Below the pieces are notes generated by a model that was given only the letters and a program-made list of their open reading frames with translations, was not told the origin of the DNA and did no database searches. Positions 1-12,542 of a stretch of DNA of 64,000 nucleotides are shown in pieces. Numbering within the stretch: position 1 is the stretch's first letter; the number at the start of each line of letters is the position of its first letter. Made by a program: the position numbers and the translations under genes. This DNA comes from Camelus dromedarius (taxonomy: Eukaryota): assembly GCF_036321535.1 (NCBI RefSeq), contig NC_087436.1:12462001-12526000 (forward strand). Reading direction: 5' to 3'.

Positions 1-1590
1 CACTCAAGACAAATTTAATTTTAAATTTTTCAGAAAAAAGTGCAAGTAAAATCCAAGCTCTCTCTCGTACCCAATTACTATTGGTATATCTTGAGAGATG
101 AAAAGTTAAAGATTTATATATAATTTTCACTTGTCACTTTGGAGATGGTGAAATGGCTTATTCAAAGTAAACATTTGAAAACATGAAATGAATAATGCAA
201 TTAAGATTAAATTCAAGACTCACAATTCTTTGTTGTAAAAAAGAATGATATAAAATCCATGTAAACATTTTATTAATCACAACTCCAACCAACAAATCTT
301 TAACGAATGTCCAATTTGTTAGAGAAACTGCCAGACAGTGTCCATACAGGATGAATGACAAGAGGACCTGCCACTGGCTGTCTCTAGTCCACTAAGAGTA
401 TGCAGACTTCTAAATAAAGAAGTACCAGAAACAGATTGAGATTCACTGGTAGACTCTGAAAGAATAGACCTGGGGACACAAGGAAGAAATGCTCAGATTT
501 TTTACGAGCATTGTGTGTTGGGGAGAATCGGGGAAGTGTTTGTGGAGGAAGTTACTCAACTCAGTGTAAACCTACATGGGTGCCTTCTTGGCTTCACCCA
601 GTACTGAGATGGATGCCACGCTCTGTGGGAAATAGCCTTCTCCATCGCATTAACTTGGGGTGTGTGATACTCAGGCAATGTAGAACCTATTGGGGAAGAA
701 CAATCATTTACACATGTCAAAGTAAAAAATATTATTCTCAAGCAAAATATACAGTGAGTCTGTCACAGATTTATTTAACTGACTGATAGGGGCACGGGCA
801 CAATGGCAAAACTGGTTCCCTTTCTTCCCATCATAACCTATAATGAAAACTTCAGAGGTAATTTGTATTGAGGCGTCAGTAGCCTACAACGGGAAGAACT
901 TCAGCAAAAAGCGAGGCCGAGAGATGGATGCTCTGACTACGGGATGCTATGCATCAGCCAGTATATAAAAGGGTTGTACTTCTGCTTTTACTTCTATTTG
1001 GGAATTTTAGCAGCAGAATCACCTAAACTTCTGAAAACCATATTCTCATGCATGGGTGATATATTCAGGATCTTTTGTTGAATTCTTGGAAATAATTAAC
1101 CAAGATGCTCAATTTAATCATTTATCGTCTAGACTACACTTGAATAAAAATCTCATTTGCTCAGATTGATTCTACATTTTTTTATCATCAGTGAATTATT
1201 CTCTCAACATTAATAACCAAGAGCAAATATTATAGAACTTAATCTTCTAGCAATCCTGTTCTCTGGCATCTTTTTGATCTCTTCTATTTGGTGGCAATAT
1301 GAAAAATAGCTATAAAAAGGCTTTTATAAGGGTTCGTTCATCTTGCTCTTGGTTTGTTAGCACATTGAAATCTGATACAGAAATTGTTTTGTTTGGAGAT
1401 GCCAATTACTTCATGAAGTTTACCTGTCATGCAGAAAGCACACAGAAAACGTAAATACTGCTTTCTGCTAAGTGAATTACATGTTGTAATCTAGGTATGA
1501 TATATATAAGATTATATTTAGATAAGCATAATGGAGAAAATATCAGTGTGGAATACAATTACATAAACTAGGGCTATTTTTGTCAAACTG

Positions 1591-1775
1591 CGGTGCTAAG
1601 GTTCTAAGGTCCCCTTCATCAGAATCACCTGAGGTCCCTCATAAGCACGCAAATTCCAGCACTTACCCCAGACACTGCAGCCAAAGAATCTCTTGGGGTA
1701 AGAGATGCATTCTGCAATTAGCAAGCTCTCCAGGTGATGTGATTTTTTATCTCCTTTTGACAAGCACTAATCTAG
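1591..1775. mobile_element. MER5A-like hAT-Charlie MITE
   Basis: Motifs CATCAGAATCACCTGAGG and CAAGCTCTCCAGGTGAT resemble recalled MER5A consensus. Confidence 0.65.
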
Positions 1776-2129
1776 GGGGTCATGCATTCCTATGTCAATA
1801 AATAAAGAGGCTAATAAATAAATAAACCAGAGTGACAGAGACAGAATTTTATCTGAATGATTCAGACATTTTCTGTTCTTCAGAAATTGCTGGGCACTTT
1901 TTCATTTCCCATTGTTCATACAAATGTAATGTTATAATACATTGTGTTTCCATAGATACAACTATGTGTAGATATAAAATTATCCAGTGTAAATTCCTGG
2001 GGACATATCTTCTTGCTTATTTAACTTTCTAGTTAGGAGTCAGAGGCTCAATCCTTTAGGGAAATAGTTCCTCGCCATGCTAAGCAGGTCAAATTTACCT
2101 GTCAGAGAGCTCTTAACCGCTTGGTCTCT

Positions 2130-2310
2130 TCAGCACTTGTGACACTTTGAATTGTCATTTCTAAGTGATTATTTTACTATCTGATGAACACCTATCTTCC
2201 CAACTAGACCTTGAGACCCTGAGGGCAGCACTGAGTCTGATTCAGCCACCACTGCGTCATCTGCGTCTTGCACAGTGCCTCCGACACACACACAGATGTC
2301 ACTAAATGTA
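2130..2310 (+). mobile_element. L2 3' end fragment
   Basis: CTTCCCAACTAGAC..CCCTGAGGGCAG..GCACAGTGCCT..ACTAAATG pattern typical of the L2 tail. Confidence 0.6.
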
Positions 2311-2744
2311 CCTTGTACCTTTGTATGTAGAGGGGAGGTATAAAAAGGTAGTCTTCCAGGTAAGCTGCCTGTTAAACAACTAACTTACAGTTACACGAAT
2401 AATTTAAAACTACCTTCTCCATCTCTCCTTCCTACTCCTTGCTGCATCACTTCCTTGCCCAGTTAAATGCCACTTCTCTTAGAAAGAATTATGAGCAGTT
2501 CTCTCCCTCCTTCTTCACCTCCACCTCTAAGTACACCTTGTCTTTCTCCACTGCTAAGAGACATATGTATTCCTAAACTACTGAGAAAGTAGGTATCCCT
2601 GAACTTCTAAGAAAATTTCATATCCCTCTGACTCAGGGGTGCAAAAACTTTCATTCCTCCTTGGATTCCATTCTTCAGGCAAGTTCTTGTTTCCAAAATT
2701 AATCCCTGCTTGGCCTTGCCTAAATGATCACTCACACATCTAGC

Positions 2745-3018
2745 AGAGAGGCAGCCTAGTGGGTAGGTGTGAGAGGGCTGAGCTGAACCTACCTGGATTC
2801 AAATTCTTGTTATGCCGCTTATTAACCATCCAGTTTTGGGCAAATTGCTTGGGCAAGTTCTCTGGGCCTCATACTGTATCTCATCTGGAAAAAAAGAGTT
2901 AATAATAATCTGTAAAGCTGTCACAGAGATTAGATGGGGCAATGCACACAGAGTGTCTAGAACTTCAGAGTGCTACGCCAGCTCAGAGGAGGCTCTCAGC
3001 AAATGTTAACGATTACTG
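2745..3018 (+). mobile_element. MIR SINE
   Basis: CCTGGATTCAAAT..TTGGGCAAGTT..CTCTGGGCCTCA..CTCATCTG..CAAATGTTA, the MIR core and tail. Confidence 0.75.
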
Positions 3019-4348
3019 TCAAATAGGCATCTTGCCTTCTCCCCCTTCATGTCAGGTCTCAGTTAAATACCTTTGTCTGCCCCTATAAGCTCTTCTCATT
3101 ACATCTTTACTCTCAAACACCACATTTCTCAAATACTACTTTTTCCTTACTTCCTACTTTCTTCTTATCTACTGAAAGCAGACACTAATGCCTACACAGA
3201 TATTACAGCTGATTGGAAAGCTACAATTGATTATTATCCATGTCAGGCAAACACTGAGCCAAATTCTTTTCTTTCCCTTCTAAAACTTCAACGATTTCTT
3301 CTCCACTCATGTCCAGAGGTTAGGTCTAGAAAAGACTAGTTGTCCTGGTCCTAGTTGTCTTACTTGGCACTAACTTTAATCCTAAGAGTTACGTCCCTCT
3401 TGGGGTCTTGCATATCTCCTAATAACCTTTACCAGATTACTGGTCACTCACTGGTGGGTATCTGGAAGCAGTAATACAGTATAAAACTTGAAAGCAATAA
3501 TGAAAATCAACCATATTATTCTATATATAAAATATTGAATTAGGAAAAACACATATGTTAAGAATAAGGGCAATAACATGATAGTGTGTATAGCACTTTA
3601 TGAACTACTAGGGCTGAACACATATTTTTAAAAATTCATTCTATGTTTCACTGAACAACAATCTTGTGGCATGAATTTGCTCTATGTGTATGATGGATGC
3701 CTAATCTTCAACAATCCTGCTGTAAACAAAGATTGATGAAATTGGGTCTAGGCCATGCAAAAGTCCACAATCTACTGCTCAAGAGACAAATTACAAAAAT
3801 TAATTATGTCACAAGGTGATAAGTCTCATAATAGTTACGTGATTCATAGAAGAGGCAAATTTGTATTTGTATTTTGTAGATGAATAGTTTACAGTTTGAT
3901 GGGAACTGGGATGGAGAACAAAAATTTAAGCAGTTGAAAACAATAGTAGCAAATGCATGGAGATAGGAGTCTACAAGAAGGACCGGCTGCGTATTGTTCA
4001 GGACGCATTTTGTGGGGTGACCAGGAGAATACATGGGGAGATACAGAGCAGGGTGTTGTACTCTCTGCTAGTTAGCTGAAGTTTATTTTATTAGTAATGT
4101 GTTGTCATTGAGAGGTTTAAAACACAAAAAGCGTGGTCATTTGTGAGTTTTAGTAAGAATATTCTGTCAATAATGTATAAGTTTTGGGGGGAGGGAGGGA
4201 TGTGACCTAGAGCAGTGATTCACAATCCAGATAGAGTGTAATAAAAGAGTTACACAAAGAATTAAACTCCACATACTTCTGGTTAACATCCCAAACTTAA
4301 AGAATCACATAGGACTGGAAGTTGAGAAGCTACATTTTTTAAAAACCC

Positions 4349-4888
4349 ACTTACTCGTTATATATTGCTAGATAAGAAGTTATCACAAACTTTGCAGATA
4401 AAACAACAAACATTCATTATCTCAGAGTTTCTGTGGGTCAAGAATTGGAACATTATTGAGTCTCTCACGAAGCTATAATCAAGGTGTTGGCCAGGACTGG
4501 GGTTTCATCTGAGGCCTGACTGGGGAAGGATCCACTTTTAAGCTCAGATTGCTGTTAGCAGAATTCAGTTCCTTGTGAGTAGTGGCACTGAGAGCCCAGC
4601 TCCTTGCTAGATGGTTCCTGGAAGTTTCCCTCTCTTTCTTGTTATATGGGCCTCTCTACACAGAGGTTTACATCATCAAAGCTAACAAGGGAGATATTCT
4701 GCTAGCAAGAGGGGAGTTACGATCTTATGTAACATAATTATGGAAGAATCCTCCCATCGCCTTTGCCTTCTTCTACCGGTTAGAAGCAATTCACATGATA
4801 CCCACACTCAAGGGTAGGGCATCACACAAGGGTTTGAATACTACGAGGCAGAAAAAATTAAGGACCATTTTAGAGTGTGCCCACCACA
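4349..4888 (-). mobile_element. MaLR solo LTR (MLT1E-like) nested in a MER5-like element (flanks about 4211-4348 and 4889-4928)
   Basis: ATTCATTATCTCAGAGTTTCTGTGGGTCAAGAAT, TGGGGAAGGATCCACT, CCCACACTCAAGGG and terminal CCACCACA; MER5-like halves lie on both sides. Confidence 0.75.
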
Positions 4889-5032
4889 CATTTTAAATGA
4901 TTCTGACGCTCACTGAAATCACTGTCCTATGGACTTTGGGGTACATACACACAAAGCAAGGTTGAAAACTAGAGGACAGATCTCTTTGAAAAAACTCAAA
5001 GATCAGGTGATTATTGTATGAGAAAGGTGGCA

Positions 5033-5209
5033 TTTTTAAAAACGGAAGTGTAGTCAGTTACAACGTGTCAAGTTCTGGTGTACAGCATAATGTTTCAGCT
5101 ACACACTCACATACATATATTCATTTTCATATTCTTTACCATTATAGGTTACTACAGTATACTGAATATAGCTCCCTGTGCCATACAGAAGTGACTTGTT
5201 TTTTATCTA
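5033..5209 (-). mobile_element. Camelid-type L1 3' UTR terminus, 5'-truncated
   Basis: Matches the other copies in this window (9310, 20090, 43010, 44600, 46700): TCTGGTGTACAGCATAATGTTTCAG..ATTCATTTTCATATTC..CCCTGTGCCATACAG. Confidence 0.85.
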
Positions 5210-5329
5210 ATAATTTGACCATTTGATGTTTCTACCAAGATGACGGGGATCTAGTCTCTGTTGCGTGATAAATGACAGTGAATTCATTTTATTATTACTT
5301 TATAATTATTTATCTGTTTGCACACACAA

Positions 5330-8168
5330 CTCAATTAAGGAGTCATTTGGTGCCCACTAAAATGGAGAACATGTCTTTGAGGCCTGGAGTAGTGTTTTTT
5401 GTCTTTGTGTGCTCACTTTACCCACAGCTAAGACTGTGGAACTGAAACTTTACGTTGTTTGCCTGCATGTCTGTAATTAAGAAAAGCCTTCATCTTTTGA
5501 ATGAGTGTAAAACATTTCCTACTTCCGTTAGGTACTAATTAGATTTTGAAGTTCCTCTAATTAAAGGAGCTCTTTTGTAATTGGTTTATAGAGAATAATA
5601 AGACTAATTTAAATCTCATACTCCCCCATGTTTGTAGATAAAGAAGCTGAACTTTTCATATTATCACATGCTAGACTTTTAAAGAAAAATTCCCCTTTCA
5701 CGGATAGCTAAGAAATATTTTTATATAAGAATCCAAGTTTATGCAATCAAGGTAAATCCTGAGATAAATCAACTTAGTTCAATAAGATTGATTTAAAAAC
5801 ACAGCTACATAGCTTTTCCCTGATGTGGTTACCAGTTTTGTGTTTGTTTTGATACTAATTGATATTAGTTCGTCTGAACGCCCTAGATTTCTTATACTGC
5901 TTTACTGACCAAATAAGCTAACGAAACGTTTATGATTATGGAGAACGTAAAACCGTGTTAATCTAAATTAAATTACCTCTGACAAATTGTTTTATATGAG
6001 CACTAATCATGTTTTCTAGTGTGTCAGCTTAAAACATGATATCCAAGATCCTTAGTTAACTTTACAACCTTGGTCTAATATTAAATCTAGTTAATAAATA
6101 ATCTTTGGATCCCTGGATAAGTTTTTTTAAGTAAGAAAGAATACTGACACCTTGGTCATAAGGCATGGTCTTTAGTGTATGTCACTTTGATCCTTAGCTT
6201 AGAGTGGCTGTACTTTTGGGTCTTGTTAATGAATGGTAACTGTTATTGTCACTTGCAGAGGGGTGAAGTGATGTGTGTGGCTCTAGTGGGTGGGTTTTCC
6301 TGTCTGCTGGGTTGCTTATGTCTGATAAAAAATTACCAATTATATGCTTCCCAGTTAAATAGAAGATAGTAAACTTGGTTAAATGTTATAGTTCTTATGG
6401 GTTATTGAACTTATGCGTATGAAAATGAGGTTTTCTGTTGTTTTCAAAGAAAGAAGTAAAAAGTCTTGTCCTAAAATAAAGTGTGGTATTGTCCCCAAAA
6501 TATACAAGAATATAGTGAAGGGTAGAACTTGATTTTATTTTTTGATGAATGAGATTTCATAGAAGTGAAATTTATTTTACTTTGTACTGTTTGAGATATG
6601 AAAGAATTAAGTACGTTAAAATATTGGTAAAGTTCACCCAGGCTGAAGGTTTATTCATAAGCTGTTTTTTGAAGAAGCTTCCAATTTTTTTTTTAAATTT
6701 TCAAATACTGCATTAATACATCTAGAACATGGTTTTCTCTCCAGTAGGATAACTTTGTGTAGAGCATTTAGCTGGCCCTTAACAAGGTATAGTAAATTAT
6801 TTGTTTGTTTTACCTTCTATTCAATCTACCCAGCTTATGGATAATTTGTAATAATTTTCTGTGTCTCAGATTGACGGTATCATGCCCATGATTATTTTAA
6901 AAAACAATATAAAATAAAAAGATTTATTCATTCACATTATGAAAGGAGGAATATGGAAACAATTAGGTTTATTATGCTTCCTGTTTCTTGATTAGCTTCA
7001 AGAGTATTTATAACATTTCCATGGGTAGGGTCATTAAAGTGAAGGATAACTTTGCACAGTAAAATGCTACTAATATAAATCTTTCAGAGACTACAGATAG
7101 ATTGGAAGATTTTGGAGGTGTTTTAATACTCTCACTGATACTACTGTGCCCTTAGACTCAAGAGGAACTTTTATTCTCTCCCATTCCAATACTGTTGATT
7201 ATAGCAATAATTGAATTCTGGTTATTCTGTTTCATCTGCAGCTATAGCATTTACTCTAAGGCTTACAGGCTTGCTATAAGCTCATAAAGAATTCTTGTCT
7301 GTAGCCAAGAATAACACCTTCAGAGCTTTAAGGAATGGACTGTAACAGACACTCAAAAATTGACACTTCAAAGAATGACCTTTTGCTTACAGACTCCCAG
7401 GCTGGCTGGCCTTGTATGTCTTTGAGGTTATGCCAGGGGACTGAGTCAAGATTTCCAGAACTCTTTTCAGTCCAGAAGCACACAACTTCATGAAAGCAAG
7501 GGCTGACCCAAGATCCAATGGGTCAAAAATTAATTGCATTGGACTGGCAAAACGGAAAAAGGATATTTGAGTTTAATTATTTGTTGGGAATATTATTGAT
7601 GTCATGTTTAATATTTTTGTCTTCTAAGGAATGTATGTGGAGATTTTATTTCTTTCTTCTGAAGCCACAAAGGCCTTCAGTTTTGAAGACTATACATTTA
7701 TAAACTGAATTTTAAACTATGCACTTATAAAATGAAACATCTTTAAATGGTATCTGATTTTCACTGACCTTGCAGACTTTAGAACAAATATTTTGACTGA
7801 GTATTCTTATTTTTTAAGGCAATATAGTTACTTGCATATGTTTGATGATGATCTGTCCTACATTTTACTGAAGCACAATTGCACAAATTGGTTGTTCAAT
7901 GAAAGCCATCAGACAATACAATATTTGAGGATGACTCTCATTTATTCAGGACAGTCAGGCTCAACACTAAGAAACAGCAATTGTACCTTATATACGAAGC
8001 CACTGCCTACAAAGCCAGCTGAGGAATGCAGGTCTGGTACATCTTTTATGGCTTAGGGATTCCCAGCTTCACAGCTCAGTGGAGGTCATTCCTGGCAGAA
8101 ACAGTAAATAGTTTGGAGGATCTCTAGGAGAGAGAAATTCACCCAAATCTATGCATAGGTGGAGAAGT
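5330..8168 (+). mobile_element. ERV1 non-autonomous internal sequence (MER4 group, e.g. MER34-int/MER57-int-like), no intact ORF
   Basis: Recalled MER4-group hallmarks: TGAGTATTCTTATTTT..GGCAATATAGTTACTTGCATA (7797-7840), GGGATTCCCAGC..GGTCATTCCTGGCAG, GAAATTCACCCAAATCTA (8134-8151); left boundary approximate. Confidence 0.7.
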
Positions 8169-8169
8169 C

Positions 8170-8545
8170 TTTTTTTTTTTTTTTAAGATTCCACATATAA
8201 GTGATATCATATGGTATTTTTCTTTCTCATTCTGGTTTAGCTCACTTAGAATGATGATCTCCAGGTCCATCCATGTTGCTGCAAATGGCACTATTTTATT
8301 TTTATGGCTGAGTAGTATTCCATTGTATAAATATACCACAGCTTCTTTACCCAGTCATCTGTCAATGGACATTTAAGTTGTTTTCATGTCTTGGCTAATG
8401 TAAAGGTAGTGCTGCTGTGAACATTGGGGTGCATATGTATTTTTGAATTAAGATTCCCTCTGTATATATGCCCAGGAGTGGGATTGCTGGATCATATGTT
8501 AAGTCAATTTTTAGTTTTTTGAGGAATCTCTATACTGTTTTCCAT
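8170..8545 (-). mobile_element. L1 fragment: ORF2 C-terminus, ending at the internal A-tract of the 3' UTR
   Basis: ORF 8139-8339 includes KNKIVPFAATWMDLEIIILSELNQNEKEKYHMISLICGI, the L1 ORF2-end/3' UTR signature; poly-T at 8170-8184. Confidence 0.92.
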
Positions 8546-9288
8546 ATTTTTAATTGTGAAGTAAGAGGCTTGTTGATTTGTTTAGAGTTTGGGTTTGAGA
8601 TTTGGTTAGGGGGCTTCAGGATATAGTGTCTTGAGGCAGTCTATGTTGTTGGGTCCATGTATAACTTTTATCCGTATCATGGTTGGCACTTTGTTCATGA
8701 ACCCAGAAACTAAGCATTTGCAGAGCATGTCACCTTAGTTCCTGATTACTGAGGGCCTTCAATCTTTGAGCAGGAGTCACGAGTGAACTCACTCCAGGCC
8801 TTTCCTGAGATATCCATGGATACCTTCCTCCTACAAGCCTCTATAACTCTATCCCTCTAACCCCTTCAAAAAATTATTAGAAATTACCCATAAGTGTGTG
8901 TAAATGCATGCCTCTGGCCATCCCTTCTTCCAGAAAAAATAAGTCAAATCCAGATTTTCCATTTGCAATTATGCCCAACTTGAAGTATTTCCTCCTGGGC
9001 TGTCTCTCAAGGCCACCCCTTACCTAATGAAGGCCCTATAGCTGAGACACTCTCAAAACATTCATTAACATTTCACTTCTGGATGGAGTCAGTTTATATG
9101 CAGAATAATTTTCAAAGCAAACTCATAGTTTTTCTCCTCAGTCACTCTGTCATAGAGAATTCCCACAAGAGGCTATAAATATGTGCTAAAAGAGAGGCTT
9201 CAGTATATCAAAGTTGCAACAACACATAGAGCCAATTGCTTATGTAACTTGCGTATTCAATACTTGTTCAGGCCACAAGATTGCTTTT

Positions 9289-9950
9289 TCTTTCTTTTTT
9301 ATTATTTTTTATTTTTTAAACATTTTTATTGCATTATAGTCATTTTACAATGTTGTGTCAAATTCTAGTGTAGAGCATAATTTTTCAGTTATACGTGAAC
9401 ATACATATATTCATTGTCACATTTTTTTTCACTGTGAGCTACCACAAGCTCTTGTATATATTTCCCTGTGCTATACAGTATAATCTTGTTTATTCTGCAT
9501 ATGCCTGTCAGTATCTGCAAATTTTGAAATCCCAGTCTGTCCCTTCCCACCCCCTGCCCCCTTGGCAACCACAAGTTTTATTCTATTTCTATGAGTCTGT
9601 TTCTGTTTTGTATTTATGTTCATTTTTTAACTCACCATATGACCCAGTAATCCCACTCCTGGGCATATATCCAGAAGGAACCATACTTCAAAAAGATACC
9701 TGCACCCCAATGTTCATAGCTGCACTATTTACAATAGCCAAGTCATGGAAACAGCCTAAATGTCCATCAACAGATGACTGGATAAAGAAGATGTGGTATA
9801 TTTATACAATGGAACACTATTTAGCCATAAAAAATGACAACATAATGCCATTTGCAGCAACATGGATGTCCCTGGAGAATGTCATTCTAAGTGAAGTAAG
9901 CCAGAAAGAGAAAGAAAAATACCATACGAGATTGCTCGTATGTGGAATCC

Positions 9951-9982
<32 letters not shown>
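9289..9982 (-). mobile_element. 5'-inverted L1 insertion with 15-bp target-site duplication
   Basis: TSD CACAAGATTGCTTTT at 9274-9288 and 9983-9997; minus-strand 3' UTR 9289-about 9629; inverted plus-strand ORF2 end about 9630-9982 (PYDPVIPLLGIYP..DTCTPMFIAALFTIAKSWKQPKCPSTDDWIKKMWYIYTMEHY). Confidence 0.95.
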
Positions 9983-9983
<1 letters not shown>

Positions 9984-11440
9984 ACAAGATTGCTTTTAAT
10001 ATATTTATTTGATGATAGATTGCTACCAGGAAAACTCATGTTTGTGGCTTAGTAGATTAATGAGACCCAATGACTTAATGATGGGAAGCTCAGATTGTAT
10101 GTTCTCCTGGTGTCCTAGGGTCAGATGGTCACTTTCTTCAAAGTTCCTACTGGAAACCAAGAGCTGTATCTCAAAATAATATTTTTTGACCAAAAACACT
10201 TTGCTTTAAAACCCAAAGGACTGTCATTGTGGTTCTCCTGTTGCAGCCTAGGAGAGGTTCTGCATGGCATAGACATATTTAAAGCATCATTGGATCTGAT
10301 GGACCGAAAATTCTCAAGTGACATTGGTTTACACTACCCTGTGATCCAGCCAAAATTGCTTCTCTTTCTCTGGGCACCATTCAAATTTAACCCAGTTTCT
10401 GGATTGTCAATAAATTAGCTGGGGGAACATGACCAAATGCAGTGTTTTGCTACCGCTAAAATCCAATGATACCCACAAGTGAATATGCATCACTTTTAGG
10501 GGTAGACAGTGCAGCTTACATTCTGAAGGGGATATTCTTACATGACCAATACCTCTGGACTCCAGAAGCACTACTAAAGTAATAGGCCCTGAATTTTCAT
10601 GGAATTCATTTCTCATTATCTTAACACTCATTGTCTTCCTAGGGCATTTAGGGTACCACATGTTTATGCCCAGCAGACCCTATCAGTATGATGTGAAGCA
10701 GATATCTGATCCTGTGGTGTGTGGAAATAATCAAATTTCCACTGGCTTACTCATGGTATGGAGTCAGGGAACTGACGGTTTGGAGGAGCAGGAGAAGGGT
10801 GGTGTATTGCTGCTTCTGATGGTCTCTACTTATTGTAATTAAGTTATAAAAATTCGTAAGATTCAAAGCTGATTTCCAGGTGTCAGGAGCTATTTTGGTT
10901 TACTTGAACACACTTTGAACTTCAGCTTTAGTGGAAGTTACCGACTGATTCAATTTCTGTGTAGACTAAATAGGGGAGTAAAAGGGGGAAATGATAAGAA
11001 TCACTATTCTTGAATAATTTTTTTCTGTTTGATGGTGGCACTAATATCTGTGATCTCCTGACTGATTTTTCTTCATTTTGGGCAAAGAAAGAAGGCCCCA
11101 CACACCACTACTTAGCACTTCATAATAGTCCTCATTTCATGGGACGGTCAATGTGTAGGGATTATGGGAGTTTCTGAGTAGACTAACTCCTGCCATACAT
11201 TCAAGAATTGGGATAATTGCTATATTTCAGAATCACAGACCATCATCTAAACTCTGTAAACCAATTTACCCTAATTAACCCTTACTGTGAATGATGGAAC
11301 AGACTGGCTTCTGAGCCTCAGGAATTATTTTCTCTTCACTGAAGGAGGTATGGATCTGTGAACTGACTCAAGTCCCAGAGTTCAGTAAGAGTCCATGACT
11401 TTCTCTCATGATGACTCAAATCAGATCCAGTTTTCTTTAG

Positions 11441-11498
11441 CTTTCTTTCTTTCTTTCTTTCTTCCTTTCTTTCTCTCTTTCTTTCTTTCTTTTCTCTT
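11441..11498. repeat. (TTTC)n imperfect microsatellite
   Basis: Read directly. Confidence 0.9.
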
Positions 11499-12004
11499 TG
11501 GTGGTGGTGGGGTGCAAGCAATGTGGCAAGAGTGGAGAATTTATATGATTTAATTTAGATAATAACAGAGAGATGACAACTTTTTGTGCCTTAGGGACCC
11601 TGAGATCAATTAGTCATTAGTTATGAGTAGATCAAACCATTCTGCTTACCCTTCCAGCCCTACTGCCATTTGTGAAAACCACTCCCACTTCTCCTCTGAC
11701 AGTTAAATTCTATTTTTCAACTTCTTCCATTGAGTATCTCATCATTTATTAAAATCAGGGAGCCCATTTTATTGGCAGCCTCTTTGTGTTTAATCCTGTT
11801 CTACAAAGAATAGTTCCTACCACGTTTCTCAGAGAAATGTATGCTGTTTTCACTAATGTTTTTCTCAACATCTTGATGAGGGGTGTCTTCTCTGTGCTCT
11901 TTTAGGAAAGATGTTTAAGGGGATGGATGAATGGTTGGCACATTGTACATGCCCACTAACATTTGTTTCTCCCTGAGTATTTCATACTGCTGATTATACC
12001 ATCC

Positions 12005-12460
12005 TGCAGTGTATGCTTTGAAAATTTGTGAAGGACTATTTTGGAAGCCATAAGGATGGAGATTAGGAGGATACTATTACCACTTAGTGGGTGAGATTAT
12101 GGGATTGTAGACAGCCTGAAGTAGCAGGACATGTCCTCACTACAGAAAGTCGTCTTGTGTACCACATAATCTTTGAATGTACCAAAGGGTAACTATGAAT
12201 GTAAAAGCATAGTTGAGCCTGTGAACTATCTCTCTGTCATATAAAAAGTACAGAGTATTTTTTTTGCACAGTTTTAAAACATTCTGATTGTCTAGTAATG
12301 CAGAGACTTAGAAGTTGGGGGGATATTGTAATTTGTTTATGCCCTCAACCAAACTGAGAGCTGCTCGCCATTCTGGTAAATCTCATCACTATTACGCTGC
12401 TTATTTTATTTGAATTACCATAATATAATTTCATCAGTTCAAATTTATGGGTGCTACTAT
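12005..12460. mobile_element. hAT-Charlie non-autonomous element (MER20B-like)
   Basis: ATACTATTACCACTTAGTGGGT..GCAGGACATGTCCTCAC resembles the MER20-family core. Confidence 0.45.
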
Positions 12461-12466
12461 CACAGA

Positions 12467-12509
<43 letters not shown>

Positions 12510-12542
12510 CCTACCTACCTACCTATCTATCCATCTATCTAT
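12467..12542. repeat. (TATC)n/(TACC)n compound microsatellite
   Basis: Read directly. Confidence 0.97.

Noticed and set aside
962..970. TATA box TATATAAAA
   Set aside because: Common in AT-rich DNA, with no CpG island or downstream exon support
620..1430. DNA transposase relic (LPEYHTPQVNAMEK, LGDSA, YILADA peptides)
   Set aside because: The motifs belong to different transposase families, lie in different frames, and have no terminal inverted repeats
9395..10012. 205-aa ORF as a gene
   Set aside because: It is a chimera of antisense L1 3' UTR and L1 ORF2 C-terminus created by the inversion
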